A DNA stretch of 64,000 nt, taken from positions 1 to 64,000 of the forward strand of contig JBJURY010222185.1 in NCBI GenBank assembly GCA_046269625.1. Direction: 5' to 3'. Under the pieces are notes generated by a model. It searched no databases, was not told the origin of the DNA, and saw nothing but the letters and a program-made list of their open reading frames with translations. Origin of the DNA: Hausera hauseri (taxonomy: Eukaryota). Below are positions 55,870-64,000 of this stretch, one piece after another. The first letter of the stretch is position 1. Each line of letters begins with the position of its first letter. The position numbers were made by a program, and so were the translations under genes.

Positions 55870-56091
55870 TTAGTTACCGTTGTCGAAGTTCATTTCCAGC
55901 TGCACGGGCGCTTTCGGCGCGTTCAGCAGGGCGGTTTCCAGTTCGCGCAGGCTGAACCGGTAGGTGTTGCCAACCTTGATGTAGGTGTGCTTCGGGATCG
56001 TGCCGTTACGCAGCCACTTGCGGAGCGTAGCAACCGACACGGCGAAGTGCTTGGACGCTTCCTCGATGTTGGCGAAGGGTGTATCGGACAT
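55870..56091 (-). CDS. excisionase/MerR-like HTH DNA-binding protein
   Basis: IEEA..HF.VS..TLRKWLRNG.IP...IKVG..YRF. Confidence 0.8.
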   Translation of the reverse strand: MSDTPFANIEEASKHFAVSVATLRKWLRNGTIPKHTYIKVGNTYRFSLRELETALLNAPKAPVQLEMNFDNGN

Positions 56092-56516
56092 TACTTCTTC
56101 CTCACAGTAATGACGTATTCGCTGTCCGAGTTGAGCCCCGGGGGCAGCACGTCAGGGTTCTCTTCAAGGAACTGCTTCACCACAGTCTGATTGAGGCGCT
56201 TCTCGTAGAACTGCGGGACCCCGTTTTCCAAGATGAACTTGTTCATCGAGTCCCAGTCGTTGGTCCAGTAGCGCGTCTTCATAGTGCGGTAGAACGTCCC
56301 GGCGGGGGTGCGGACGCTGTCGATGCCCTGCGTCTTGCAGTAGTCGAGCAGCTCCGACTTGAGGGCATTGAGCTGCATCTCCAAGACTTCATCCCGCTGC
56401 TCGAACTCTGCTTTGAGCTCGGCCCGCTTGTCGCGGATTTTGATGTAGGTCTTGGTCAGCTGCTCAGGGGTGAGAGCGGAGCCGCTCTCGGTGTCAGTGT
56501 CGGTGTCGGTAGGCAT
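56091..56516 (-). CDS. conserved replication-region protein
   Basis: YIKIRD coiled coil; SVRT.AGT; DW....FI. Confidence 0.7.
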   Translation of the reverse strand: MPTDTDTDTESGSALTPEQLTKTYIKIRDKRAELKAEFEQRDEVLEMQLNALKSELLDYCKTQGIDSVRTPAGTFYRTMKTRYWTNDWDSMNKFILENGVPQFYEKRLNQTVVKQFLEENPDVLPPGLNSDSEYVITVRKK

Positions 56517-56566
56517 AGTGGTTCTCCTTCACTATCAGAATTTGATATTTAGTGATATCCGTTACA

Positions 56567-58981
56567 CTAGTCAAGCAATTCCTTATACAGGTCGACGACC
56601 TTGGTATGCACGTCGATCTTCTCGTCGAGCAGCTTGTAGACCCGGCGCTCCACGCCAGAGCCCTGCAGCTGGACCACGGTGCACTTATTGACCTGCCCCT
56701 TGCGGTGCACCCGGGCGTTAGCCTGTGCGTAGGTCTCGAGCGAGGATGTCGGTGCCCACCAGACCACCGTGTTGGCCGCCGTTAGGGTCACGCCGTGCGC
56801 CGCAGCCTGCGGCTGGATGACCAGCACCCGAGGATCGGGCTGCTCTTGGAACTGCTTGAAGATCGAGGTCCTCGCTCCGGCGCTCACCTCGCCGCTGATG
56901 ACGGCGTTAGTAATACCGTCCTTGGCCAGCTGCTCCGACAGCATATTGATGACGTGCTTGAACGGTACGAACACCAGCACCTTGTGGGTGCTTTCGGCGA
57001 TGACCTCTTTGAGAACGCTGTAGCGGTTGCCGATGTCGAACTGCACCGTGTCGCCGGATTCGGTATAGCTTGCGCCCGCTGAGATTTGCAGGAGCTTGCC
57101 CATCATCACAGCCGCGTTGACCGCGGTGATCTGCTCACCGGCCACTTCCATGACCATCTGGTTCTTGAGGCGCTTGTAGTAGAGCTCTTGCTGCTTCGTC
57201 AGCGCGACGTCCCGCTTGACGTAGACCATGTCCGGCAGGTCGAGGCACTCGTCCTTGGTGTAGCGGATGGCAGGCTGCAGGGCGCTATGCACGGTGCGCT
57301 CGGAGTTCTCCTTGGGCTTCCAGCGATACTGGGAGACCTTATACATCACCATGTCTTTCCAAGCGTTGAAGAACTTGGGCACGCCCGCCGGGTTGACCAG
57401 CTTTGCCAAGCCGTAGGCGTCCTCGGGCCCTTGAGCCGCAGGGGTGCCGGTCATCATCCAGAGCCACATGTCGGGCTTCACCAACGAGTTCAGCACCTTC
57501 CAGCGCTTGCTCTGGGCGTTCTTGTAGTGGCTGCAGTTGTGCACTAGGTGGGCGTTTTCCCCAACAAAATAGTTAGGCGTTCCACTAACTTCGAGGTTAT
57601 AGACGTATTCGTCACATCTCGGTTCGCGATACGTAACACTGTCCACCCGAGCTCCGAAAGTTTTTCCATTTTCCGCCGATCCCGCTCCTGACCTTTCGTC
57701 GTGCGGTGGCTGTTTCCATCCACTTCCAACCCAAGTTTCTTCTCCGGCCACGCGAAGTCGAGCTTGTAGTTCGTAGGATAGCCGGGCTGCCTCTTTCCCA
57801 ACGCTACTGGGAAGTTCCATATCCAACCAACCGGAAGCTGCGACGACACCAATACCTCCGCCGCTGTTAGGCCCGTACCGTTCCCACCCCGAACCACTGG
57901 ACGAATCCCCTTCGCTTTCGCCACATCCGATAGATGCGCACGCTGCTCCGACGTCCGGTGAAACCCAGCGCGAACCCCTTTCGCCCTCTGCTCTTGCGTC
58001 AAGGATTTCAGTGCTGACTGACCCGGATGCAGGAGGTGCCATCTCTTCCGAGCGCAGGATCGAGAGCAAGACGTCCCCGTGCTCGACTGATGTTTCCGAT
58101 GAAACCGCCACTTCCGCATTATCACGGTGTACTGCGTTCCGCATATCGGACAAGCCAGCAAAACTGACAAGTCGTCTACCCGCAATAGCTCTGGCGGGAA
58201 CCCAACCCCAGTCAGTGAAGAAAGGATGTTCTGGAGTGCAGGTGATAATTTCTCCGGTTTCAAGTTTCACCTCCACCAGCCTGTTAGGCTTCCGCTTGGA
58301 CACCGTTTTTATATTACGTACCCCGTCACTTGCAAACACAGTGTCTCCGAGGGCCAAAGTTTCTATGGCCACCGGCCCGTTGGGGGTGTGCACGGGGGTG
58401 CCTGCGACAAAGCACTCGTCAACGATGATGAGGTCGTAGCCCGCAGCGGCGATATCATCCCGTACGATCTCTACACCGTCGTAGTTGATAATGAGGAACT
58501 CGGGCTTCCCGGCGATGATCTTCCGGCGCTTGTCGGCGGTGCCGTGAGCGATACCCACCGTGCGGTGCATGGCGAAGGTGAACAGGTCTGCATGCCACGC
58601 ACTGTCCATGATCGAGAGCGGGCAGATGACCATGGCACGCTTGATGATGCCCTGCTTCATGAGGAAGTCCGCAGCCCAGATCGCGCTGGCCGTCTTGCCG
58701 GTCCCGGCTTCGTTGAAGCAGAACGCCTTCTGGTTCATGGTCAGGAAGGACGCCGTCGTGCGCTGATGCGCCATCGGAGCGAACTTACCCGTCCAGTTGT
58801 AGCGGCCCTCGATGGGCGACGGCACCTTGATATTCAGCCCCCGCAGGGTGTGCGTCTCGGGCACGCCCCAGTTCACGATGACCTCGTGCTCGCTGATCGC
58901 CTTGCTCTTCGGGATGACCGTAGTGACTTGTTTTGGATTGCGTAGCTTGAGAAGCAACGCTTTACCGTCGATGATCTGCAT
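56567..58981 (-). CDS. SNF2-family helicase, intein-containing
   Basis: GTGKT, INYDG, IVDE|CSH, MTGTP, HGVTLT, QANARVHR.GQ. Confidence 0.92.
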   Translation of the reverse strand: MQIIDGKALLLKLRNPKQVTTVIPKSKAISEHEVIVNWGVPETHTLRGLNIKVPSPIEGRYNWTGKFAPMAHQRTTASFLTMNQKAFCFNEAGTGKTASAIWAADFLMKQGIIKRAMVICPLSIMDSAWHADLFTFAMHRTVGIAHGTADKRRKIIAGKPEFLIINYDGVEIVRDDIAAAGYDLIIVDECFVAGTPVHTPNGPVAIETLALGDTVFASDGVRNIKTVSKRKPNRLVEVKLETGEIITCTPEHPFFTDWGWVPARAIAGRRLVSFAGLSDMRNAVHRDNAEVAVSSETSVEHGDVLLSILRSEEMAPPASGSVSTEILDARAEGERGSRWVSPDVGAACASIGCGESEGDSSSGSGWERYGPNSGGGIGVVAASGWLDMELPSSVGKEAARLSYELQARLRVAGEETWVGSGWKQPPHDERSGAGSAENGKTFGARVDSVTYREPRCDEYVYNLEVSGTPNYFVGENAHLVHNCSHYKNAQSKRWKVLNSLVKPDMWLWMMTGTPAAQGPEDAYGLAKLVNPAGVPKFFNAWKDMVMYKVSQYRWKPKENSERTVHSALQPAIRYTKDECLDLPDMVYVKRDVALTKQQELYYKRLKNQMVMEVAGEQITAVNAAVMMGKLLQISAGASYTESGDTVQFDIGNRYSVLKEVIAESTHKVLVFVPFKHVINMLSEQLAKDGITNAVISGEVSAGARTSIFKQFQEQPDPRVLVIQPQAAAHGVTLTAANTVVWWAPTSSLETYAQANARVHRKGQVNKCTVVQLQGSGVERRVYKLLDEKIDVHTKVVDLYKELLD
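57536..58414 (-). mobile_element. intein in helicase motif II (293 aa)
   Basis: DE|CFVAGTPV block A, TPEHPF block B, VYNLEV..TPNYFV...LVHN|C. Confidence 0.93.
57544..58263 (-). CDS. Vsr/DUF559-like PD-(D/E)XK endonuclease overprinted in the helicase intein
   Basis: CPIC...CSRSC, then YKLDFAW...KLGLEVDG.SH...D..K...L...GWTVLRI; GGAGG 6 nt before the TTG. Confidence 0.8.
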   Translation of the reverse strand: MKPEKLSPALQNILSSLTGVGFPPELLRVDDLSVLLACPICGTQYTVIMRKWRFHRKHQSSTGTSCSRSCARKRWHLLHPGQSALKSLTQEQRAKGVRAGFHRTSEQRAHLSDVAKAKGIRPVVRGGNGTGLTAAEVLVSSQLPVGWIWNFPVALGKRQPGYPTNYKLDFAWPEKKLGLEVDGNSHRTTKGQERDRRKMEKLSELGWTVLRIANRDVTNTSITSKLVERLTILLGKTPT

Positions 58982-59010
58982 GTCGTTCTCCGTAGGTGTT
59001 AGGGTTTACC

Positions 59011-59268
59011 CTAACCTTTGTTCTTGCCGGGCTTGTGACCGTTCCGGCTGCGGTTCTTCGAGGGGCTCTCCAGCTTGTAGCCGTCGGCGTTGCTGCCGCC
59101 CTTGGAGAGCATCTTCTTGTGGCTCACATCCTTGCCGGTGCGGTCCACACCTTTCTTGTCCAGTGCGCGCCGTGCACGCTGCCGCTCCATGCGGTCCTCG
59201 TGCTCACCACGTTTCTTCTGCATCTGGTATTCGTGACGATAGGGGCGCGGCGACTTGGTGTACGGCAT
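59011..59268 (-). CDS. small basic HNH-like protein
   Basis: KDVSHKK.LSKGGSN......S.NRSRN. Confidence 0.6.
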   Translation of the reverse strand: MPYTKSPRPYRHEYQMQKKRGEHEDRMERQRARRALDKKGVDRTGKDVSHKKMLSKGGSNADGYKLESPSKNRSRNGHKPGKNKG

Positions 59269-59270
59269 GG

Positions 59271-59621
59271 CTAACCCGTGCGGTTGGAGGTATAGGTATT
59301 GTGTATAATACCACGAGCAAACTCCTCGCGCACCATCCGTCGTAGCTCTGTCATCTCTTCCCGTATCACATTCTTGACGAGGTAGTTCAGGTTGTTCTGA
59401 AACGCTGAGGAGTGCATGATCTGCAGAGCCAGCTCTTCCCGGGCCGTGTGCGCCGCGAAAGCTAAGTTGTCGCCCTCGATAGCTGTGTCGAGCACCCGGT
59501 GCGAGCCTATGGTGTCCGAGAACAAGAAGTCCTTGACAGCATGTGCCATCTTTTTCTGGATGTGCTGCTCCAGCAGAAGGGCGGTGTTAGCCGCCTCGTC
59601 CATGGATACCTCGTCGCTCAT
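59271..59621 (-). CDS. hypothetical protein
   Basis: ATGA coupling to the upstream nuclease gene. Confidence 0.55.
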   Translation of the reverse strand: MSDEVSMDEAANTALLLEQHIQKKMAHAVKDFLFSDTIGSHRVLDTAIEGDNLAFAAHTAREELALQIMHSSAFQNNLNYLVKNVIREEMTELRRMVREEFARGIIHNTYTSNRTG

Positions 59622-60289
59622 TTCCCACCCCCATGGTGTGCGCATTGCGTAACCGGACAGTGCTTTCGGCACAGTCCTGACGGTCGCGGGTTCCATACGT
59701 TGGTCTCGTGTGCCTTTTCCAAGGCGGCGTATTTCATCACCCACGGCTTCCACAGCACACCCTCGTCAGTCACCGAGTAGTCCTGCTTCACGATGTCGTT
59801 GGCGATGGTGAAGAGCAACGCGCCCTTCACCTTCTTGACCTGCGGGAAGTGCTTGAAGATGGCCAGCGCCATAACCTGCAGCTGCCCAACGTCGGCATAC
59901 TTCGCGCTCTTGCCAGTCTTGTAGTCCACGTAGCGGGCGGTGTCTCCGTTCACGATGACGAGGTCGCCGATGCCGCGGAACCACACGTCCTTATCGAAGA
60001 AGCCACACGGCTCCAGATCAGCGGTGAGGCCCATCTTGAGTTCGCAGTGCTTCTCCCCCGGCATAGCCGCAAGCCGTTCCATAGTGGCCTGCATGAACGA
60101 GAACTGCGGGGGCATGGGTTTGCCGTCGCGGATGAACTCCTCGCACGCCGTATGAAAGGACTTCCCGTATAGGGTTGCCTCGGTGTCCTTAAAGGGAAAC
60201 TCATTCAGCACGGTGACGTGGTAGAACTGCTTCGGACACTTTTCGAAGTTACTGATCTTGCTGAACGACCATGCACCGGCTCCACTCAT
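59618..60289 (-). CDS. Cas4/RecB-like PD-(D/E)XK exonuclease
   Basis: WSFS....FEKCP, G..FH, D.....DYKTGK, QL, C..HCP...C. Confidence 0.85.
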   Translation of the reverse strand: MSGAGAWSFSKISNFEKCPKQFYHVTVLNEFPFKDTEATLYGKSFHTACEEFIRDGKPMPPQFSFMQATMERLAAMPGEKHCELKMGLTADLEPCGFFDKDVWFRGIGDLVIVNGDTARYVDYKTGKSAKYADVGQLQVMALAIFKHFPQVKKVKGALLFTIANDIVKQDYSVTDEGVLWKPWVMKYAALEKAHETNVWNPRPSGLCRKHCPVTQCAHHGGGK

Positions 60290-62952
60290 TACGTCTCTCC
60301 ATAGTTCTTGCCGATTCCGGCTTCACAGTCGACGGGAAGGCCCTCGGCCCACGCGGGGACCCAGCGCATACACTCTTCGACGTAGGACTTGCACGCTTCG
60401 GCGTCGTTGTCAGGAACACAGCATACGATGCTGTCATGCACAGTCAACACAACTCTGTATTTTTTACTAATTCGCAGCATTTGCTCGCCGATGATAAGTC
60501 TCGCCAGCGCCTGCGTTACGTTCTCGACCACCTTCCCGCCGTAGATACGGGTGCGTCCTATGCGGGTTTTGTAGGAATACTCGATGCCGCCCTTCTCGTT
60601 CTCGGCCTCTTCCAGCTCGTCGTAGCGGATCAGCAGGCCGTTGGGCAGCACGATGCCGGGAGCGCGGGTATCCACGCTGAGAACACCGTCCTTACCGAAG
60701 GGCATAGCGTCACCCCGCACCATGTATCGCAGCATGATACCGGCCTGCTTCCACATGCCCGAGATCATGTCGTTGGTCTCACGGTAGATGCCGATGATCT
60801 TGGCCGCCTCGTTCTTGGAGATGTCCACGCCGGAGTTCTTGAGGGCCAGCTGGAACTTCTCACCGCCCATGCCATAGCCGCAATTATGAACGATAAGCGG
60901 CCCCGCAGCAGTCGCAACTGTGTATCTGTTCCTCGGCCCGGCGAAGGCGATGTCGTAGGTCATCAATCTCTGCCTGTAGGTCTGCGACGCGGCGCTTGTT
61001 TCTCGCGTTCTCAGACTTTGTGGCGAAGCGGAGGTTCCCCGGCGCATACCCTTTTTCGTTGTCGATTCGGTCAAGGTCCCGCGCGGGGTCGTCCCAGCCC
61101 TCCAACGTGAGCAAATATCGAAGAAACGCTGCGCGGTCCGCACGCCATACCGCGTATACTTGGATGCCACGCCCCCCGTAGTGTGAGTATATTGCACAGG
61201 TTGGGGTATGGCAGCGCGATATACAGGACCCAATGCGGTTGAGCAGGCGCTTTCGATGAGCGTCGTCGGGTAACACACTGCGGTACTTGAGCCATCGCTT
61301 ACTGTTACTAGCTTGCTTGGCGCAAGCATTGCAGCGTGTTGTGCGCCCAGCCTTGAGGTTAGCGCGGTCCACCATGCCCTCCCACCCGCAAGAGCAGCGG
61401 ACGACAGGGTGCCAGCCGGAACCAGATTTTTGTTGCCAATCCCGGACCTCGAGCTCGCCGAACGTAGCGCCGACTGGAAAAGGGAAGGGCTTGTAATTAC
61501 CTCGAACCACCCCCGCCACCCACGTTCCGTTAGAATTTCGTGGTCCGGTGTTGCGGCGACCCCCGAGAACCGGACCGTCTCCTTCACCCCTTGCGGCACT
61601 ACACCCTTGTGCGTTACCCATTCCTCACCATCCCATACCATATCCGTAACTGTAATATTTACGATAGGAACCCAACCACGTGGCGTCAACACTTTTGTAT
61701 CCGCAGCGAAGCAACCGAGTACCGTGGTCTTACCCACGAACCGCTGGTCCTTGGTCACGTCGCTCTCGGCTACACCATAGATCGCTGAGGCCATCTTCTT
61801 GTAGACGTCGCCCTTGGACGCAAAGGTCTGCACCACGTCGTCCTGCCCAGCCAGCCACGCAAGCATGCGTGCTTCGATCTGTGACGAGTCGGACTCGACG
61901 ATGCTGTAGCCCTCGGGCGCGATGATGCACTTCTTGAGCGCCTTGGCGTTAGGCCCCCGACTAGGGAGGTTCTGCAGGTTGATCTTGTCGTCACCGCCCC
62001 AGCGGCCTGTGTGAGCCGCGTAGTAGCGCACCGGGACAGGCAGCTTGCCCCGCCCAGCGATGTCGATGAACCGCTGTGTGCGGGTCTCCTCGAGCGTAGA
62101 CTTCACCCCGAGCCGTGCGGCAGCCAGCGCCTGCACCTGCGGGTCGTCATCTTCCAGCAGGTCCTTCATGCCCTGATCGCTCTTAGCCAGTGCGTAGGTC
62201 ATGTTGCCCGTGGTGGGGCTGATCTTCATGGGGCAGGGCACCCCGAACTTACCGAGCAGTGCGGCAAACTTCGGGTTCGACATGAGGTCGGCCTTGTCCT
62301 CGACGCCAGCAGACTTGAGCAGGTCTTCCTTCATCATCTGCGTCTTACTGAGGTGCTCCTCGAGCCGCTCCCGGTCCAGCTCCAACGTAGGCTCAGTGAA
62401 CATACGCAGGGTCAGGTCGATCAGCTTGAGCTCCGACTTCGGGAACCCCCGAGACAGCATGATGTTGAAGATGTCGTAGGTCAGGTCTACGTCATTGACA
62501 CAGTAGCGCCCGTAGGCCGACAGCTCTTCCGGCGTGAAGTCGTTGCGGCGTTTCCCCTTGGCGTCCAGCACCTCGGTGCCTTTCTCCCCTACCCCGTAGT
62601 TTTCGGCGAGAGCCTTGAGGCTGGCACTCTTCTCGACGCCGTGGATCGCACGAGCCATGCAGAGCGTATCGAACAGCACCTTCGGACGGATGCCGAACCG
62701 CCAAGACATGATCGCACCATCGAACATCATGTTGTGCGCCAGCACCGCAGAGTTGGCCCAGTCGTATGATGCCAGTGCTTGCTTGATCGCACCGTGCGTC
62801 CCGGTGATCCACGCAGTCTCGCCGTCGTTGACCTTCACCCCCACCCCAATGACTTGGAAGCGAGGGTCACGGATATATTCTTCCGTGGTGATCTTAGACA
62901 GCGAGTAGTCTTTGTCGTAGTAGGTCTCCGTGTCTATAGTAATTACGTCCAT
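60289..62952 (-). CDS. polA: family A DNA polymerase, intein-containing
   Basis: DTET exonuclease, HN..FD, HTGRW, NLQN, DSSQIEAR, GK..VLG|CGYG, TVHDS. Confidence 0.95.
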   Translation of the reverse strand: MDVITIDTETYYDKDYSLSKITTEEYIRDPRFQVIGVGVKVNDGETAWITGTHGAIKQALASYDWANSAVLAHNMMFDGAIMSWRFGIRPKVLFDTLCMARAIHGVEKSASLKALAENYGVGEKGTEVLDAKGKRRNDFTPEELSAYGRYCVNDVDLTYDIFNIMLSRGFPKSELKLIDLTLRMFTEPTLELDRERLEEHLSKTQMMKEDLLKSAGVEDKADLMSNPKFAALLGKFGVPCPMKISPTTGNMTYALAKSDQGMKDLLEDDDPQVQALAAARLGVKSTLEETRTQRFIDIAGRGKLPVPVRYYAAHTGRWGGDDKINLQNLPSRGPNAKALKKCIIAPEGYSIVESDSSQIEARMLAWLAGQDDVVQTFASKGDVYKKMASAIYGVAESDVTKDQRFVGKTTVLGCFAADTKVLTPRGWVPIVNITVTDMVWDGEEWVTHKGVVPQGVKETVRFSGVAATPDHEILTERGWRGWFEVITSPSLFQSALRSASSRSGIGNKNLVPAGTLSSAALAGGRAWWTALTSRLGAQHAAMLAPSKLVTVSDGSSTAVCYPTTLIESACSTALGPVYRAAIPQPVQYTHTTGGVASKYTRYGVRTAQRFFDICSRWRAGTTPRGTLTESTTKKGMRRGTSASPQSLRTRETSAASQTYRQRLMTYDIAFAGPRNRYTVATAAGPLIVHNCGYGMGGEKFQLALKNSGVDISKNEAAKIIGIYRETNDMISGMWKQAGIMLRYMVRGDAMPFGKDGVLSVDTRAPGIVLPNGLLIRYDELEEAENEKGGIEYSYKTRIGRTRIYGGKVVENVTQALARLIIGEQMLRISKKYRVVLTVHDSIVCCVPDNDAEACKSYVEECMRWVPAWAEGLPVDCEAGIGKNYGET
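60883..61713 (-). mobile_element. intein in PolA motif B (277 aa)
   Basis: LG|CFAADTKV block A, TPDHEI block B, TYDI...NRYTV.....IVHN|C. Confidence 0.92.
60884..61621 (-). CDS. HNH-type endonuclease overprinted in the PolA intein (start uncertain)
   Basis: CSCG...C..C, RC.......YGGRGI, LDRIDN.KGY.PGNLRFAT.SEN..N. Confidence 0.82.
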   Translation of the reverse strand: MGNAQGCSAARGEGDGPVLGGRRNTGPRNSNGTWVAGVVRGNYKPFPFPVGATFGELEVRDWQQKSGSGWHPVVRCSCGWEGMVDRANLKAGRTTRCNACAKQASNSKRWLKYRSVLPDDAHRKRLLNRIGSCISRCHTPTCAIYSHYGGRGIQVYAVWRADRAAFLRYLLTLEGWDDPARDLDRIDNEKGYAPGNLRFATKSENARNKRRVADLQAEIDDLRHRLRRAEEQIHSCDCCGAAYRS

Positions 62953-63500
62953 CAGAGAAAATTCCTACCCTTGTTGATTTCAAGCAGGTGCTTAGCCTGA
63001 GAGATTGCATCGTCGAGGGCGTTGTGGTGCGTACCGCTACGTTCCATAGGAACGTCAGGATACATGGATTTCACGGTGCGGTAGCACCGATCCTTCCAGA
63101 AGGGCCACGGTGGCGTCATACCCACACGCTTGTAGGTTTCGGCGAGGATCGTGTTATCGAAGCTCGCACCGTTGCCCCATACACCGTCCAGCATCAAATC
63201 CACGGCGTCCGAACCGCCGCTTACCTCGCTAAACCATGCGTCGAGTTTGAGCAGTGCGGTCACCACTTCTACACCTTTGGTATCAAAGGCGGCACGTGCT
63301 TCGCTGCTTTGCTTCATCCACCACAGAACCGTGCTCGGGTCGATCTTTGCGCCGGTGGTAACCGCGCTCTGCAGGTCCACGTTCAGATAAAAGTGTTGCC
63401 ACTTCCAGTCCGGGTCCACGTCAAAAGACACAGCCCCGATGGCGATAATCGGTGCGTCCGGGCGGGTTCCCATAGTCTCAAGGTCGATCATGATGTGCAT
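62952..63500 (-). CDS. DEDDh 3'-5' exonuclease (Rv2179c/DUF5051-like)
   Basis: MIDLETMG, WGNGASFD, RCYRT, HNALDDA. Confidence 0.85.
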   Translation of the reverse strand: MHIMIDLETMGTRPDAPIIAIGAVSFDVDPDWKWQHFYLNVDLQSAVTTGAKIDPSTVLWWMKQSSEARAAFDTKGVEVVTALLKLDAWFSEVSGGSDAVDLMLDGVWGNGASFDNTILAETYKRVGMTPPWPFWKDRCYRTVKSMYPDVPMERSGTHHNALDDAISQAKHLLEINKGRNFL

Positions 63501-63511
63501 GATGGTTCTCC

Positions 63512-64000
63512 TTACTCCCCGTCAGCCAGCGGTGTGTCGAGGTGGTCGTAGAGCACGTCCACGTTCTTGGCGTAGTAGACTGCGCTGGCGTTCTGCTGGT
63601 CACCCCGGGCATAGACCTTGACGCAGGCTACGTCGCCGCTCTTGTGCAGGGTGTGCAGGCGACCACCCACCTTCTGGATCAGGTCGGGCATACCCGACAG
63701 CGGCAGGCTGGCCTTGGCGATGGCATGGGTCAGCTCATTGACCGACCACGGGCGCGGCTCCTTCATCAGGGTATCCATCACCCCAACGAAATCGGTGATG
63801 TGGGGTTTGGGCGGGGCAGCCGGTGCAGCAGGGGCCGGTGCGGTGTTAGTCGTGTCCCTAACAATGTCGTCCACCCGGGTAGCGACCTCGACGCGCACAG
63901 CCCGCCAGCGGGAGGCGTAGTGCGCCGTGTGCGGCGAAGCAAAGTTGTCTGTGGCCCAGACACGGATCATGTCGCCGACGATAAGGTTAAGGCGCTCTAC
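63512..64000 (-). CDS. hypothetical protein (probably begins beyond the window end)
   Basis: frame remains open to the window edge. Confidence 0.55.
   Translation of the reverse strand, partial: VERLNLIVGDMIRVWATDNFASPHTAHYASRWRAVRVEVATRVDDIVRDTTNTAPAPAAPAAPPKPHITDFVGVMDTLMKEPRPWSVNELTHAIAKASLPLSGMPDLIQKVGGRLHTLHKSGDVACVKVYARGDQQNASAVYYAKNVDVLYDHLDTPLADGE

Noticed and set aside
55870-56091. Excisionase implying a prophage
   Set aside because: No integrase, att site or host genes in the window
59618-60289. Cas4-like gene as evidence of a CRISPR system
   Set aside because: Stand-alone replication-module nuclease; no cas1/cas2 or array present

Overview
Most of the genome of a GC-rich (~60%) tailed dsDNA phage with a podovirus-like gene set; no integrase, tRNA or CRISPR array was seen. 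It has two divergent arms. The minus-strand early/replication arm covers 1-13.1 kb and 51.8-64 kb: small early genes, a MoxR AAA/VWA module, VRR-NUC, primase-helicase, SSB-like protein, SNF2 helicase, Cas4-like nuclease, PolA and a DEDDh exonuclease. The plus-strand late arm covers 13.5-51.7 kb: terminase, portal, GroES-like protein, scaffold, capsid, tail, lysis genes and ejection proteins. An AT-rich control region at 11.6-13.5 kb separates them. Main observation: TerL, the SNF2 helicase and PolA each carry an intein whose own reading frame has no endonuclease, only an S/T/A/G/R-rich linker. In each case a complete endonuclease is overprinted in another frame on the same strand, and the three belong to different families (Endo VII, Vsr/DUF559, HNH). 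Other observations: more than 20 copies of the palindrome GTTAGG-N6-CCTAAC, almost all in the early arm; an iteron/IHF-like origin candidate; a small gene overprinted inside the 2125-aa virion protein; an in-frame amber codon splitting an early gene; and five free-standing homing endonucleases. All family assignments come from motif recognition by eye, not database searches.
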